A stretch of 64,000 nt of DNA, taken from the human T2T-CHM13v2.0 reference genome, Homo sapiens. Below the pieces are notes generated by a model. It saw nothing but the letters and a program-made list of their open reading frames with translations. It did no database searches and was not told where the DNA came from. The DNA lies in assembly GCA_009914755.4 (NCBI GenBank), contig CP068257.2, positions 33,856,001 to 33,920,000 of the forward strand, in the 5' to 3' direction. The translations under genes were made by a program, and so were the position numbers. This document shows, piece after piece, positions 1 through 13,075 of this stretch (the stretch's first letter is position 1; every line of letters starts with the position of its first letter).

Positions 1-779
1 AAGTAACTGCCTAATTTCCTAACATAAACATTTTCATTTTATTTCCTATGGTTCCCCCAACTACCCGTGTGAACAGAATTGAGAAACTATACTACCCCGG
101 AAAATCGAATGACTAGAAATGAGCTTGTAACAGCCAATCTTTAAATCCTTTCATTCCTTCCCTACCCTTTCTCTTCCTTAGCTACGTACCATTCGCCTGT
201 GAGGCTGGCATCCTGGCAAATAAGTGAATACATAGATTTACCCACAGAGAAGTCATGTTTTCTCTGCAACTCAATTGTTATTAAATACTTCAGAGCCAAC
301 ATTTGGTAAGATGAGCTAATAACCACCCTTCATCCTAACTCCTTTAATTATTTGCCCTTAAACTGCCAACAGGGAAGAAAAGTTGGAAAGCCCCAAATTC
401 TTTAATTGGGACTGTACCTGCAAGCATTACACTTCTAAATGAAGCCTCAAAGGCTCATACAATGGAATAGTGAGAAATGTTGCAGAAGAAGTCATCTAAA
501 TATGCCATGAGGAGTTGTACAGCTTCAGAATCCAGTGGACTTTTTTCAAAGGGAGAATGCAATTGGGGAAGAGAAAGTGGAAGACAGAGGGTCTGAGATC
601 ATGAAGTCTTATTCTGATGAGAACTAAAACATTTCCTAGAAACCAGAATGGGAAGTCAGTTTTTACAGGTTCTAGCATTTCACAACTTCCGAAGATGTGC
701 AGGTGGCTAAAACTGACTTTTTATTTCTTAAAAAAAAAAATCTACCTGGCATTGCATTTGCAAGAGGGCTCAGGCCTGC

Positions 780-845
780 TGCTGCTTTGTGATAGAATAA
801 TTAATAATTATTATTATAATTACTAATTATTATAATTAATAATAC
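780..845. repeat. AT-rich (TAATTA/ATTATT)n simple repeat
   Basis: tgctgctttgtgatagaataattaataattattattataattactaattattataattaataatacc. Confidence 0.85.
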
Positions 846-1096
846 CAGAAGTCCATGGTACCATTTTCTCATGAGAACTACACAATAGCTAAGCTTTCTG
901 GAAACTTAAAACATCTCAAAATGCATGGTACACTTTTTTTTTTCACCAAAATTTCCCTAAAATATACTATTTTACAAGGTTAATTCCTAGAATTACAGAG
1001 GAAAAAAACCCTGAAATTTTGAATTCATGCAGAAGAAATGAACTATAGTAGTTTGTACTTTCTGAAAGCATATTCTCTGACTTTGTTATAAGAGTT

Positions 1097-1398
<302 letters not shown>

Positions 1399-4300
1399 TC
1401 CAGCATATATAAAATACTTTCTTATTTTTCTGACCAGGGTTTCAAAAAGGGAACAACCCAAATGTGATGGTCTACCTAGTAAATCACAACCATATTCATA
1501 TCTATAAACTCAAGTTGCTTAACAAAGGCAAATTAGGATTTTTTTCTCTTTAGGTGTTTGTTAATACCTGTAAAGAATGGGACACAGTGGAAACGTGATG
1601 CGATATATTTAGTCTAGTACCAATCTGAGTTAAAATGAAGGATGTAACTGAAAGAAAGAAATATGATGTAAAGAGAGATTTATTTGTATATTATTTCCCT
1701 AAGACAGTTTCCTTCTAGAAACTTCTAGAAGTTGAATGGCTATGCAAAAGTATCTTCTTGTTTCTTAACTTGTATTGCCAGGATGCATTGCACTGAAAAC
1801 GGTAAAGTGGAATGAGATCTCTGCTTTCCTTAGTTACTCTCAAATTAACAGCTGGTTAACAAAAGCCGTCTTAGGTATTAGTAGCTCAAAAACCTCTTCT
1901 ATGTATTACAAAGCCCTACAACAAGTGAGCCCAGGAGGTCAATGAAAATGCAATGTATGGACTTTTCCTATCCAGGCAGGGCTCATTTTCCATTGTTTTA
2001 TTTCTGAAATGAAGAGCATTTCCAAAGCTGTTTGAGGAAGCTGGGCTGCTTGATGATTGAAGAGACATGTGATGAACACCCAAGTTCTCCATCTTAGTCA
2101 CCACATCAGCATCAGGGATGTGATAATAGCTGTACTGTCCTAAATGCATACTTTCCAAAGATTGGCCTTGCTTGCTGCTTTCTGGAAAGGAAGTGTCCAA
2201 TGCATGCCTTTCTTCTTTAGGAAAAAAAAAGCTCCATTATATGCAGCTTCAGTAAACATCTCCCTTTGGTTTGATTTCCCACTCTTCAGACAATTAATTA
2301 TACTCTTCAGGCTCCTAAGAGTAAAATCTAAATTCATTACTTTTTTTTTAAATTTATGACTTTAAACAGAAAATTAATGTTACTGAAATAAACAGAACTT
2401 TAGAAATCAAGCCAGTAACTGTATCCCACCCACCCCCTACAAAACAAAACACAAAATTAAAATAGCAAGTCAAACGAAAATTAAATAGACAAAAATTAAA
2501 AGCCAAAAGTGCCATGTGATTGTGTGTACAGTTTATCACCCTGTAAAAATCTAGATGAATTGGTGCAATGCAAATAAAACTTCAAATAAGTACATCAATT
2601 TTAAAAAGAAATGAATTCCTTTTCCCCCATAAAATTAGAAAGTGATAGTAGAGAAAATGAGAAAATGTTGAAAAGATAACAGATGTGTTGGGGTTATTCT
2701 GTTTCAGACTTTACCCAAGAGAAAGCGATTGGAGAATTGCCTAATCCTGGTATCATGTTTCCGGCTATGACAGGAAGAGATAGATCATAATAGATAAAAA
2801 TGGAAAATGTTGTGAAAAAATCAAATACTTCTAAGAAAGACAAAACGCAAGACTCAGCTGTGGTGAGTGTTAAAGGAAATGAGTGTCGCAACTAGATGAA
2901 GCTCAAGACATATATTTAAACATGTTCTAATGGTGGAACAGTGAGAAGAACAGCTAAGAATAATGGCCTAAGACAGTCTCAGAAACCCAGGGCTCAGCCC
3001 CTGACTCTTTACCCTCAGTGATTCTCCCCATCAAACCCCATGATCTGTCTGGGCAGTCTTATTCTCAACACCTCCCTTGATGGAAGTCTAATCTCAGCTT
3101 CTAGATATTCTAACCAGAGGTCTAAGTCAATCCTTTCTGAAATTTAAATTCAATTCTTTTTTTAACCTGACTCTCAAGAGAAAAATTCAGGTACTTTCTA
3201 TTTCCAATTCCCTTCTCTAAACTGAAACATAATGTAACTTACTTACTCTTCTCCCCATGAAATAGCTTACAACTTTTTGACCTCTACCAATGGAATAACT
3301 CTCACACACATACTCCTATGATCAGGCCTCTGATAAATATTCAATTATGTTTTCCACTTCTTCCCAGGGAGTTGCCTGCAACAGAAACTGCAAATGGCAT
3401 ACGAAAGTTTCCTAATTAAAAAATAAACCATATGAGTGATCATCTGCTTAACGTCTTCCTCCTCACTAGAATATAGGGTTCATAACATCAGAGACCCTGT
3501 CTCTCATTCTTAGCTGACCCATGGCAAGTACTGAATATGCATTTGCTGTATGTCTGGATCACTGAGTGAGGGAATGAACGGACCAACACAACTCAGGGCA
3601 GAATTTGTCTTTTCTCATAACCCCAGACTTTCCCATCTGTTTTGTTAACTTGAGACACAACACTTCCCAGAGAAGTGAACAAGCTAGTACTGAGGTCTGG
3701 GGGGCCTTCACGGAGAATGCTGGTGTTCTTGGAAAAACACGATAGTGGTTGAAGGAAAAGGAAATGCAGCCATCATTTGTTCCAAGGGAACTAAGCCTAA
3801 ATCAAACACGTTTGACGACTCAGATGGGCTCCAAAAACAAATACAGAAATATTTATTACCCGAGTCGTTAGGCAGATTTAGAACAAGCAGACTTGTTTAG
3901 ATCTCCTTTTATAAATAGAGTTAAGTACAATATGCTTTTTCAAAAATATATTTTTTAATTGTAAAGACTCTTGGGATTGTCTGGTAGAGAAAAAAATAAT
4001 AACCACAGCAACATTCCTTGAAACATACCTTTCTGATTACTCACGAATCCTCATGAAAACATTTTGGGGTAAAAGACATTAGTATTTAGTTTAAAAATAT
4101 AATCAGCAAATCCAGGAGAGAGCAGCTTCCCTGAAGATAACTCCCTACACTGATGCTGGGGTTAAAAGGGGTGTGGAATGTTCCATCACCTCACTGACAC
4201 CCTGGACCACCTGGGAGCCAGCTGCCACTCTCATCTTTAACCCAGACACCAAGTTCACTGTCCCCGTCAGGACCATGATCTTAACTTCAGATATGCATCA

Positions 4301-4724
4301 GAAGCAGAAGAAAAACAAAGCTGTGTTCTATAAACAGTAGTAGTATCTTACATTTTGCATAGTACCTTGCCATTTACAATGAGCTTCTATGTATATTATT
4401 TCACTTAAAGACCAGGACAATCCTGTGAGGTAGACATGCTAGTACTATGAATGCCTGTTTAATAGACGAGAAAAATGAATCTGAGAAGGTGAAGTGGGTT
4501 GCCCACCATCATGTGTTAGCCAGGTCTAGAGCCTAGGACATCTAAACCTCAAAGGAGTGGGAGTCTTACTACCAACTGTGGTTAGATGACAGCTACCATT
4601 TGCCCTCTATTCAAGACAGATATCAAAAATTAGATTCAGAGCCTAGCAAGTAAGCATTCATCTGTTAAAACTTTATTTTTCCATGTTAAAAAGCTAATGG
4701 AAAGGAAAGAGTAGAGAGGGAAGT

Positions 4725-4885
4725 CGTGCTTAGTATCTCTGTGTCTCAGTTTTCTCATCTGTAAAATGGGTCTAACTATAGAACCAAATGCACAGAGTTG
4801 TTGTGAGATTGTAAAGACCCTGTAAAGTTGCTGACGATGGCCTCAGGATGGTAGACAGTGTTCAATAAAGCTTGGCTATTACCAT
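4725..4885 (+). mobile_element. MIR SINE (core + 3' region)
   Basis: ctctgtgtctcagttttctcatctgtaaaatgggtctaactatagaaccaaatgcacagagttgttgtgagattgtaaagaccctgtaaag ... gacagtgttcaataaagcttggctattaccataaatg. Confidence 0.8.
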
Positions 4886-6379
4886 AAATGAGATCGTCCA
4901 GACAACTGCAATAGGAAACTTATTTTCCATCACTTCTTTCACAGGATATCTGGCCTGAGGTGAATCCAAACTTTAAAAGGTGGATTAATTATGGCAGTAA
5001 GTTAATAAGTCACTATCATGTAGATTATAGGAGTGTTTTCTTTAAATTATAACTAAATTAAAGAGAGTCTGTGCTAGAAGGATAAGCACATGCTTGGAAC
5101 CAAACAGATGAGGCAGTCCTGAAAATCAATCTCTGCTGCTTTCTGGTGTTGGGTTCTGAGATACTCTGACCTCCTCGTTCTTGATCCATGTCCACATCCA
5201 CTGCTCATGCTTAGACATGATGAGCCTTTCTTACTTCCTTTTATACACAGAAGTGATGCTAAAGCAAGTGCCTTCCTCTTCTTTTCTGAGAAATCTTGCA
5301 GTACAGAAACTTGTTAAAATTAGTTTAACCCATCATTTTCCAAACTTATGTAAACACAAAATGTTTAAGTATTAATGTTCCACAAACATGATCTGGGAAA
5401 CACTGCATTAGAGTACAAAATGAGCAAAAGTCGGGAACCTCTTGGATACCATTGAAAGTTGACAGTTGAGAGGTATTATCACCTATGAGTAATCCTGTGA
5501 CGCAAACCCAGAGAATAACTTTTTGGCTGCCCCAGTGAGTTCCCGAGAACATGGATGAACCTCGGTCCCAAGCTTTATACAAAGTTAGCTTTAGAATCTT
5601 TCCAGATACTGCTGGCTCTGGCTACATAGTAGACTAAGTTATTATGGAAATCTTAATACTGTAAAGCAATAACAATGTTGAATAAAATAAAAATAAGTTA
5701 AAAATATAACTGTGTACACAAGAAAGAAAGTAAAATCACAGATTCCAGAAATAAAGAGGGAACTGAAAGCAGTGTTTGTAAGCACTGGAACTGAAACTGG
5801 TGAGCCTAGGGAGGGAAGAAAAGAAAGGGTTTGGGAGGAAGGAGATTCTAATGGCTTGGGAAGTGAGAATCCCAGAGATTGGAGACCAGGTTTTTGGCTC
5901 ACTCAAGGTGGGATGTTGACACTGAGACATTTTCATAAACTCAGAATTTTCAAATGACCCCACCCCAATTATTCTCTATCCAGCTAGTCAACATTGCAAA
6001 GATTTTCTATGCCCAGAGATCTTCATGGAGAAGGAAAGATCCCCATGAAAAATAAAAACCCTATACCAGCATGATGCATAGGTTGAGAGACTGCCATTCT
6101 ACTATCTCTCTGGTATTCAAATCCTCAGAATGAGAATTTAACATAAAGTTTGCCCAGCCTGGTGAGATGCTGGAGGACTCACATTAGCAAATGCAAAACC
6201 ACTTCAGAGAGACTCTCCTTAACTTAGGCCACAAAATGTATTTCTCACTGAAAATAAGTGCATAGTAAAAAATACTAAAATACACCAACAAATACTCCAT
6301 TATCAATAAACTCAAAAAACAGAAATATTTGAAATCTAAAGACATCAGGGAAAAAAATCTGAAAAAAACTATCAATTCA

Positions 6380-6790
6380 AGATGTTAAAGATAGGAAAGA
6401 AAGAATAAAGCTCAGTAGGTAAAAATAAGACTACATTTACAAAAAAGTATAAATTTTATAAGAATGAAATAAAACTTCTAGAAATTATAAAATAAGATAC
6501 TAAAATTAAAACTCAGTAGATGAGTTAGTCAACAAATTAGACAAAGCCGAAGAAAGAAATAGTGAACTGAAAGTCAGTTCTGAGGAAATTATACAGAATG
6601 AACAGAAAGACAGAGATTTTAAAAATGGATAAGTTAAGATATGGTAGATAGAATGAGAATAGCTAGCATGAAGCTAATAGGAATTCCAGAAGGAGCAAAT
6701 AGAATGTGAGAGAAGTAATACTTGAAGAGACAATGGTGAAGAATTTTGTAAAAATTGATGAAAGTTGTAAGTCCTTAGATTAATTTAATT
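6380..6790 (+). mobile_element. Ancient L1 (L1M/L1P-class) fragment covering part of the ORF1 region
   Basis: gaagaaagaaatagtgaactgaaagtcagttctgaggaaattatacagaatgaacagaaagacagagattttaaaaatgg ... atagctagcatgaagctaataggaattccagaaggagcaaatagaatgtgagagaagtaatacttgaagagacaatggtgaagaattttgtaaaaattgatgaaag aligns with the mammalian L1 ORF1 block ...eeRIselEDr..E..q.e.e.ekr.k..e.slrdlwd.ik..Nirv.GvPEgeerekg.e.ifeei..eNFp.l.k, with multiple stops. Confidence 0.6.
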
Positions 6791-7619
6791 AGTAAATTCT
6801 TAGCTGAATGAAAAATAAATTCACACTTAGACTAAATAAGTGGAACTTCAGAACATCTAAGACAAAGAGAATATGTCTGTAAAAGCTAGTTTAAAAAATT
6901 TACAATCTAACAGCCGTTAGATTGTGAAGAACTGATCAGCAACAGTAGAGTCAAGAAGAGAATGAAGTAATATCTTCAAATGGCTAAGGAATATTAGTAA
7001 ATTAAGAAAAAAATGAAAGCGTTTGTACTCTTTGACCTGCACTGAAATAATTATTAAAATATGATCTCTGTAAAGAAGGAAATTGAACTCAGAAAGACGT
7101 GGTGAGATTAGAAAAAAACAAAAACAATAGTGAGTAGTGAGCAAAGGCATTTATAAACATAGTTCTATCTCATAAACATGAGCTATAAATATAACAGTAA
7201 TGATGATTTTTATTTATATAAAAGCAAGGAAAAAATAAATATTAGACCACAACATGATAGACTATTTGGGGTTTTTTACAGTTATAAATACCTTCTAAGG
7301 TATTTATATTGTGGAAAAGAAGAATAGAAAAGGGTAGAGATAAAATTTAGTGGTTTTTTTTTAAAAGGTTAAGTTTACTTGTTAACATAAGGGTGGATAC
7401 TGAAAATGGAAATAAAATGCATGCTTCCCAAAGCAGGGAAAAGGTAGGGTAGGGGTCAGCACATAAAGAAAACTCAATCAAATATGAGTATGAAAATTAA
7501 ATTTTTAAAAAAGAAAGTAAAAGTATAACAAATGCCTCAGTTTTAACAACCAACTGAACATATAAAAAGAGAGAAAATTAACCCTCATCTTGCATTATGT
7601 GGAGATATATGTCCCATAT

Positions 7620-7750
7620 AAATTAAAATCCTAAAAATAAAAAGATATAAGTATAATATACAGTATATATACACACACATAGCATATTTTTATAAACACA
7701 TACATCTCTATGTATGTAAATCATATATTATATATATATATATAGCTAAA
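7620..7750. repeat. (TA)n / (CA)n-rich simple repeat
   Basis: tatatatacacacacatagcatatttttataaacacatacatctctatgtatgtaaatcatatattatatatatatatatagc. Confidence 0.85.
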
Positions 7751-7899
7751 ATTGCAGGATAGGGTAATGATGTCTTAGAAAACCAACAAAAGAAGCACAA
7801 ACCAAAAGGAAAATGATTGATACAACTGACTCTATTGTAATTAAAATGTCTGTGTATCAAGAGGGACCATTAAAAACTTGAAACAAGCAAAGACTTGGA

Positions 7900-8465
7900 G
7901 GAATTATTATTACTTTCTGTGGCTGAGAAAATGTTTCAAAGATGGCTGCTGTGATATATTCCATCGCATCCCATATGTCTTTCTTAAGTGTGATGTTGAC
8001 ACTCTTCCCACAGAGTGGCAAAGTTCACGTCCCATACCTTTGACCCTAGCTGAAACTTCCAGTCTGCCTTGATCGACAGAGTACATGGAGAGCAAGGCTA
8101 AGTCAGTTCTGAGGCTGAGCCACAAAAAACATCATGCACTTCTGCTTTGTCTCCTGTGAGACTTGCTCTCGGAACCCACCACCACACTGCAAGGGAACCC
8201 AGGGCACAGTGGAGGGGCCATGTGTAAATCTTCCAACTGATAGCCTCATCTGAGGTCGAGTCAACCGCCAGCAATAGCTACCAGGTGCATGAGTGAGTGA
8301 ATGAGCATTCCATTAACCCAAGCCCCAGCCACTACCTGACTCAGCTGCATGAAAAACCCCACGTGAGCCTCCTGGTTGGGTCCAGTCAACCCACAGGACC
8401 ATGAGAGATAATAATAAAGTTACTGGTATTGTTTGAAGCTACCTAGTTTGGGATAATTTATTGTA
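7900..8465 (+). mobile_element. MaLR-type LTR (MLT1-like, longer variant)
   Basis: It has MLT1-like internal blocks (ggctgagccacaaaaaacatcatgcacttctgctttgtctcctgtgagacttgctctcggaacccaccaccacactgcaagggaacccag) and the 3' end gagataataataaagttactggtattgtttgaagctacctagtttgggataatttattgtatagcaatgcataactgacacac, which matches the characteristic ...tgtttaagccactaagttttgggtaatttgttatgcagcaatagataacta LTR terminus. Confidence 0.55.
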
Positions 8466-8739
8466 TAGCAATGCATAACTGACACACTATTCAAAATCAA
8501 AAAGAAAACAATAACTCAATAAATAACATGGTGAAAAAAATATGAACAAATAATTCACAAAAGAGGAAACATGGTTAGATGACAAAGACACAAAAAAAAG
8601 ACTCAACCTCATTTATATATACCAGAAATCAGGTAGATACAAATGAAAGCAACAGCCTAAGACCATTGTACACTTACCTTTTTGTCAAGAACTTAAAACT
8701 CTTAATAGCAAATATTGAGAGATGCAAGCTACAGTCATG

Positions 8740-8965
8740 GTTAAGAGGGCAGGCTCAGGGGCCAGGCCGCCAGGCATCTAATTCTAGTTCCACTCACAAA
8801 CTTTGTGGCCTTGAGCAAATAATATAAGCTTTGTATACTTCAATCTCCTCATCTGCAAAATGGGTTTCTGCCTAGGATTGTTGTGAGAGTTAAATGAGTT
8901 AATATGTATAGAGTGCTTAGACTGTGCCTGGCAGAGGAAGCAATGAATAAGTGTTTATGATGACA
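8740..8965 (+). mobile_element. MIR SINE
   Basis: ctaattctagttccactcacaaactttgtggccttgagcaaataatataagctttgtatacttcaatctcctcatctgcaaaatgggtttctgcctaggattgttgtgagagttaaatgagttaatatgtatagagtgcttagactgtgcctggcagaggaagcaatgaataagtgtttatgatgac. Confidence 0.85.
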
Positions 8966-11900
8966 ATAATGATGACAACAATGAGGAAAACCTAGAAGTC
9001 TTGGGCAGTTTTGGTAGGACTGGACTATCAAGTGGTATAACCAAGATTTAGAGAGCAATTTTTCAATTCTCTTGTTGAGGTGAAGATGTCAATACCCTTC
9101 AACTGAACCATTCCACTTGTAGAAATGTGGCATAGAGAACTGCTAGGACATGCACAGTCAGACACAGGCAAGGATCTTCACTGTGACCTCACTTTCTAAT
9201 TGCAAATTCTGGAAACAACCTGAAAGTACTCAGAGTGACTAGAAAAAGTGTAGTAATGGGCATTAGCTCGGTTTCTAGGCAAAGGAGCCTCCAACACTGA
9301 GGATACCATTTCATTCCTGGGGCTGAAGGCTGTCTGATACATGGAAGAATAGCGTGGGAACAGTATGAAACATTGTCTGCCATCCAAACATTTGGAGTAG
9401 AAACATCTCTTACACTCAGGAGGAGGAGCATGAGGTTGATGGTAAGGGAACCCCCAAGACCCAGTGTAGAAGGCAAAGCTGATGAGCCAGTTCAGGACAG
9501 GATTGATGGTATAGGACAATCGTTTCTGTCCTGTGGGTCTTTCCCATCCCACCTTAGCCTTTCTGTGTTTTTTATATTGGTACAGAAAGATGAATAAATC
9601 ACAAGTGTGAATCATCATGGAGTAGCACTTAGAAGCTCCAACTTCAATCCTGTTCCTCTACTCTAAGAGACATGGTGGGGCAGCCTCGGCCAGGGTGGTC
9701 AGTCCAATTCAGCTTTCATCAGTAACTAGCAGTGCAGTTGCATGGCCTCTGTGAGTGTAAGTGAAAGTCTTGAGTTCAAATCCCATCAGTGCCATTTAGG
9801 AGTTGAGTTTCCTGGAACAGGACACACAATCTTAATAAGCCAGCAACTACATCTGTGAATTGGGACTAGTCATATCTCCTTCCAAGGACATTATGAGACT
9901 CAGGTGTTTGTTAAAACACCTTATAAGCTCTAACCTCAATGGCAAGATTGACTATTCTGCTTGTGAGAGAAAACTTGGATTTCTGTGATCCAGTAATTCC
10001 ACACAGTGTAGCTTGGATGTCAGAAATAGCAACAAATCTGGAGATGATTTAATACAACCCTAGAGCTCCCATTATAAAATTTACATAGCCATTTTTTACA
10101 CATTCCCATTTTTTTGTACACATAATAAATCGTGGTGTTAGTCATTGGTCTTTTAGGACAAGCTATTAAAGCAATAGAATTCTTAATTAATTTAGTGCAG
10201 AGTTTATCAGTTCTGTGTACAAAGCTTACTCAGAGCCCACTACATCACCCAAGTGTGGGGTTGGATAAAGTCAGCTCCCATAGAATAAGCCTTATCTTGT
10301 GCCCTGCAGTTTCCAGAAGCAATTCTTCCTAAGCTGGAGATTTGTTATCTGCTAGCCCCTTGGTAATGCATTTCCTGGAATAGGTCATGAGTAGTTGAGT
10401 CAAAACCTTCTATAGAATTGGCTCAGCACTAATAGAAAAGGGTCACTATGCTGCCACGAGACTCACAAATATCTGAATGTACATGTCAAAACTAGACTTC
10501 GAGTGTTCAGAAAGAGACAGAAAATGTTATAAGTAAAAGAAGTTTTCAAAGCATTTCTGATGTTTAAAAACTATAGAGCCAGTAGCATTATATGGTGTGT
10601 AACTACAGAAAATATTTTTTCTAAATAATAATCATTCCCATATAATTATTTTTCACATTGTACCTTTTCTTAAGTTCATGTGCAAATCTAGTCATAGTAA
10701 GTTTAGAATGTACAATACATAAAAGCTTTGACACATCCTGTCATGCCATTTTAGGAAGCATAACGATGTCCCATCACTTTCTCTCTGCAAGGGAACCAGA
10801 GTGGGGGGATCTTTAATTCATTTCAAACACTTTGACAAATTCTACATGTGGAAAAACACCTATGTCTCATTTTTTACTCTGCCTCTTCCCCTCTACCATC
10901 CTTAATTCCCACAACAGAATATTCTTTGCAGAAAAAAGGGGAGCGAGGATTCTTAAGCGAAGGGTGTTCCCTATTGCTGATTTGTTCAGGAATAAATAAA
11001 AGGCAGACTATGATGCATTCATTGCTATATCTGCCCCACACCACCCTCTTCAGGCCCCATCCCACTCCCTCCATGGCCCTATGCTCCTCAGATGACCTCA
11101 TCTCCCTCTTTACCCAAAACTAGGGGGTATCAAAGACAATTCCCTTGTTCACTTTCCCTCCACCTCTAAACTGATCTTAATCACCCTTCCCTCCCTACTA
11201 CTCCTCCATAAGACATATTATTTTAGTAGATAACCCCTCCATCTGGGCCCTTGATTTTAACCCTCCCATCTCTTTTGGACCTTTTCCCAGCAATTACTGC
11301 CTTTTATCCTGTATCTCTATTCTATGTCTAATGGCTCTACTGGTTCCTTGTCTTTGAATTATAAGCACCAATGGTCTTGTCCATATTACATGTGTATTTT
11401 AGATGTCTTATATGTGTGTGTTTCTGCATGTGTTTGTCTATATTCAAACCCTAAAATTATCTTTTTTCTTCTTGTTGTTGCTTCCATATTTTCCAAACAA
11501 GCGAAAATTCCTTCTTGCCTTCCTTAGCATCCTATTGAAGAAACTCTCTAAAAGGCCACCTGTAGCATGAACCCTACCAAATCTCCAGGCCTATTTTCAA
11601 TCATCATTTGCCTGGAACTCTCTGAGACATTTTCTCCCCAGCAATGCAAAGCCGTCGTCTTCCCACCACTCATTAGCTCCTGCTCTTGAAAGCATCTTTC
11701 CTAAGCTCAGAATCATCCAGCCTGTCCTCCTTTCCCTTTGACCACTGCTCCTGATTTTCTTTTGCTTGTTTCTCTTATTTCCATTTTCAAAGTGTTCAAA
11801 GACCCTGCCCACCCTCTTCTTTTCTCTCTTCTCCCTCCCCCACAAGTGATATACAAGTTTTTGGTTTCAGCTGTTGCTGCCCTGTGGATAATGCTGAGGC

Positions 11901-12774
11901 TTATTTCTGAAGCCTTGATCACTTCAATGGAGGGCAGGGCACATTTTCAGCTGTCGTCTCCAGTGTTCACTAGCACTTCAGAGGCTTCCTTCCTTTCAAA
12001 CTTGATTCTCTCCTTCCCTTAATCAGCTCCTCCTTCTAATGTCCATCCTACTTTTGCTAATGGCAACCTGGCTGGCCAATTAGCCTGGCCTCAAATCGTG
12101 GAGAATTTTTTAACCCCTCCCCTTTTGCTTCCTATATTCAATCAGATATCAGATCTTGATTCTACCTAAGTGGTGTGTATCCTCTTCTTGCCACATTACC
12201 TATGTCACCATCTCTAGTCTCTTCCGTTCTAATCACATTTAAAATTACTCTAAAACTAATATTTGGATGCATGAATCATGTCTCTTCACTAAAATGTTCA
12301 ATGACACCTAACTGTTTATAAGAGTAAACTTTATCTCCTCAATTTAGCAAAGACCTTTGGGACTTGACTTCTAACTGAATCTTGAAATCCTATTTCCTAT
12401 AACCCCCTTCGCTACCATGAAACTCTTATCTGTGGCCACCCTGTGTTCCCCTGTAACCATGACTTATCTATAGTCCTTCTGCTAGAAATGTTCACTCTCC
12501 ATCTCCACATGTGGAGATTTAAAGGATCTGTGGTGCCTTTAAAGGTAAGGTTGAATAATTTCTTTTTCTGCAAAGCGTTTCCTAATCCTTTCAGCTGATG
12601 GTAATCTTCCCATCCTTTGCAGCCCAAATTATTTTCCTGCTGTCAATATTACATAATTTGGCCCAACTGCATCCAGTAGGGGGAAGAAAATAGATGCATA
12701 GATGCATACTACAATACCATGAATGTGTCTATTTTCTCCTCCGTACTTGATTAGAAGGTCCTGGAAACAGAGAT

Positions 12775-13075
12775 CATGCTTGCTTCTCCTCTGTGCACCT
12801 CTTTACAGTGCCCTAGCACAGTACCTTGCACTTAGTAGATGCTCAATAAATGTTGATGTATGATATGCCATGGCAGCTAAGAGCCAGGTTTCAGAGTTGA
12901 AACCAGAGTCACGGGATTATGATCAAATGAACTCAAGCTCTCTAAGCTTCATTTTACACATCTGCTAAATGCAAATGACAGCAATACTGCTTCGAAGAAT
13001 GATTATTGAATTAAAAGTGAAAATAATGCATAGAAAACCCTTAACATAGTGCCTGGCACATTTTATGTTGTACTA
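12775..13075 (+). mobile_element. Two adjacent MIR-like SINE fragments
   Basis: tgcttctcctctgtgcacctctttacagtgccctagcacagtaccttgcacttagtagatgctcaataaatgttgatgtatgatatg, then ...actcaagctctctaagcttcattttacacatctgctaaatgcaaatgacagcaatactgc...cataGaaaacccttaacatagtgcctggcacatttta. Confidence 0.65.

Noticed and set aside
9196-9618. The 140-aa minus-strand ORF as a candidate exon or small gene (KAKVGWERPTGQKRLSYTINPVLNWLISFAFYTGSWGFPYHQPHAPPPECKRCFYSKCLDGRQC...)
   Set aside because: There is no recognisable protein similarity. Splice-site or initiation context is poor. Other frames are open on both strands in the same moderately GC-rich stretch. It cannot be supported without a database search.
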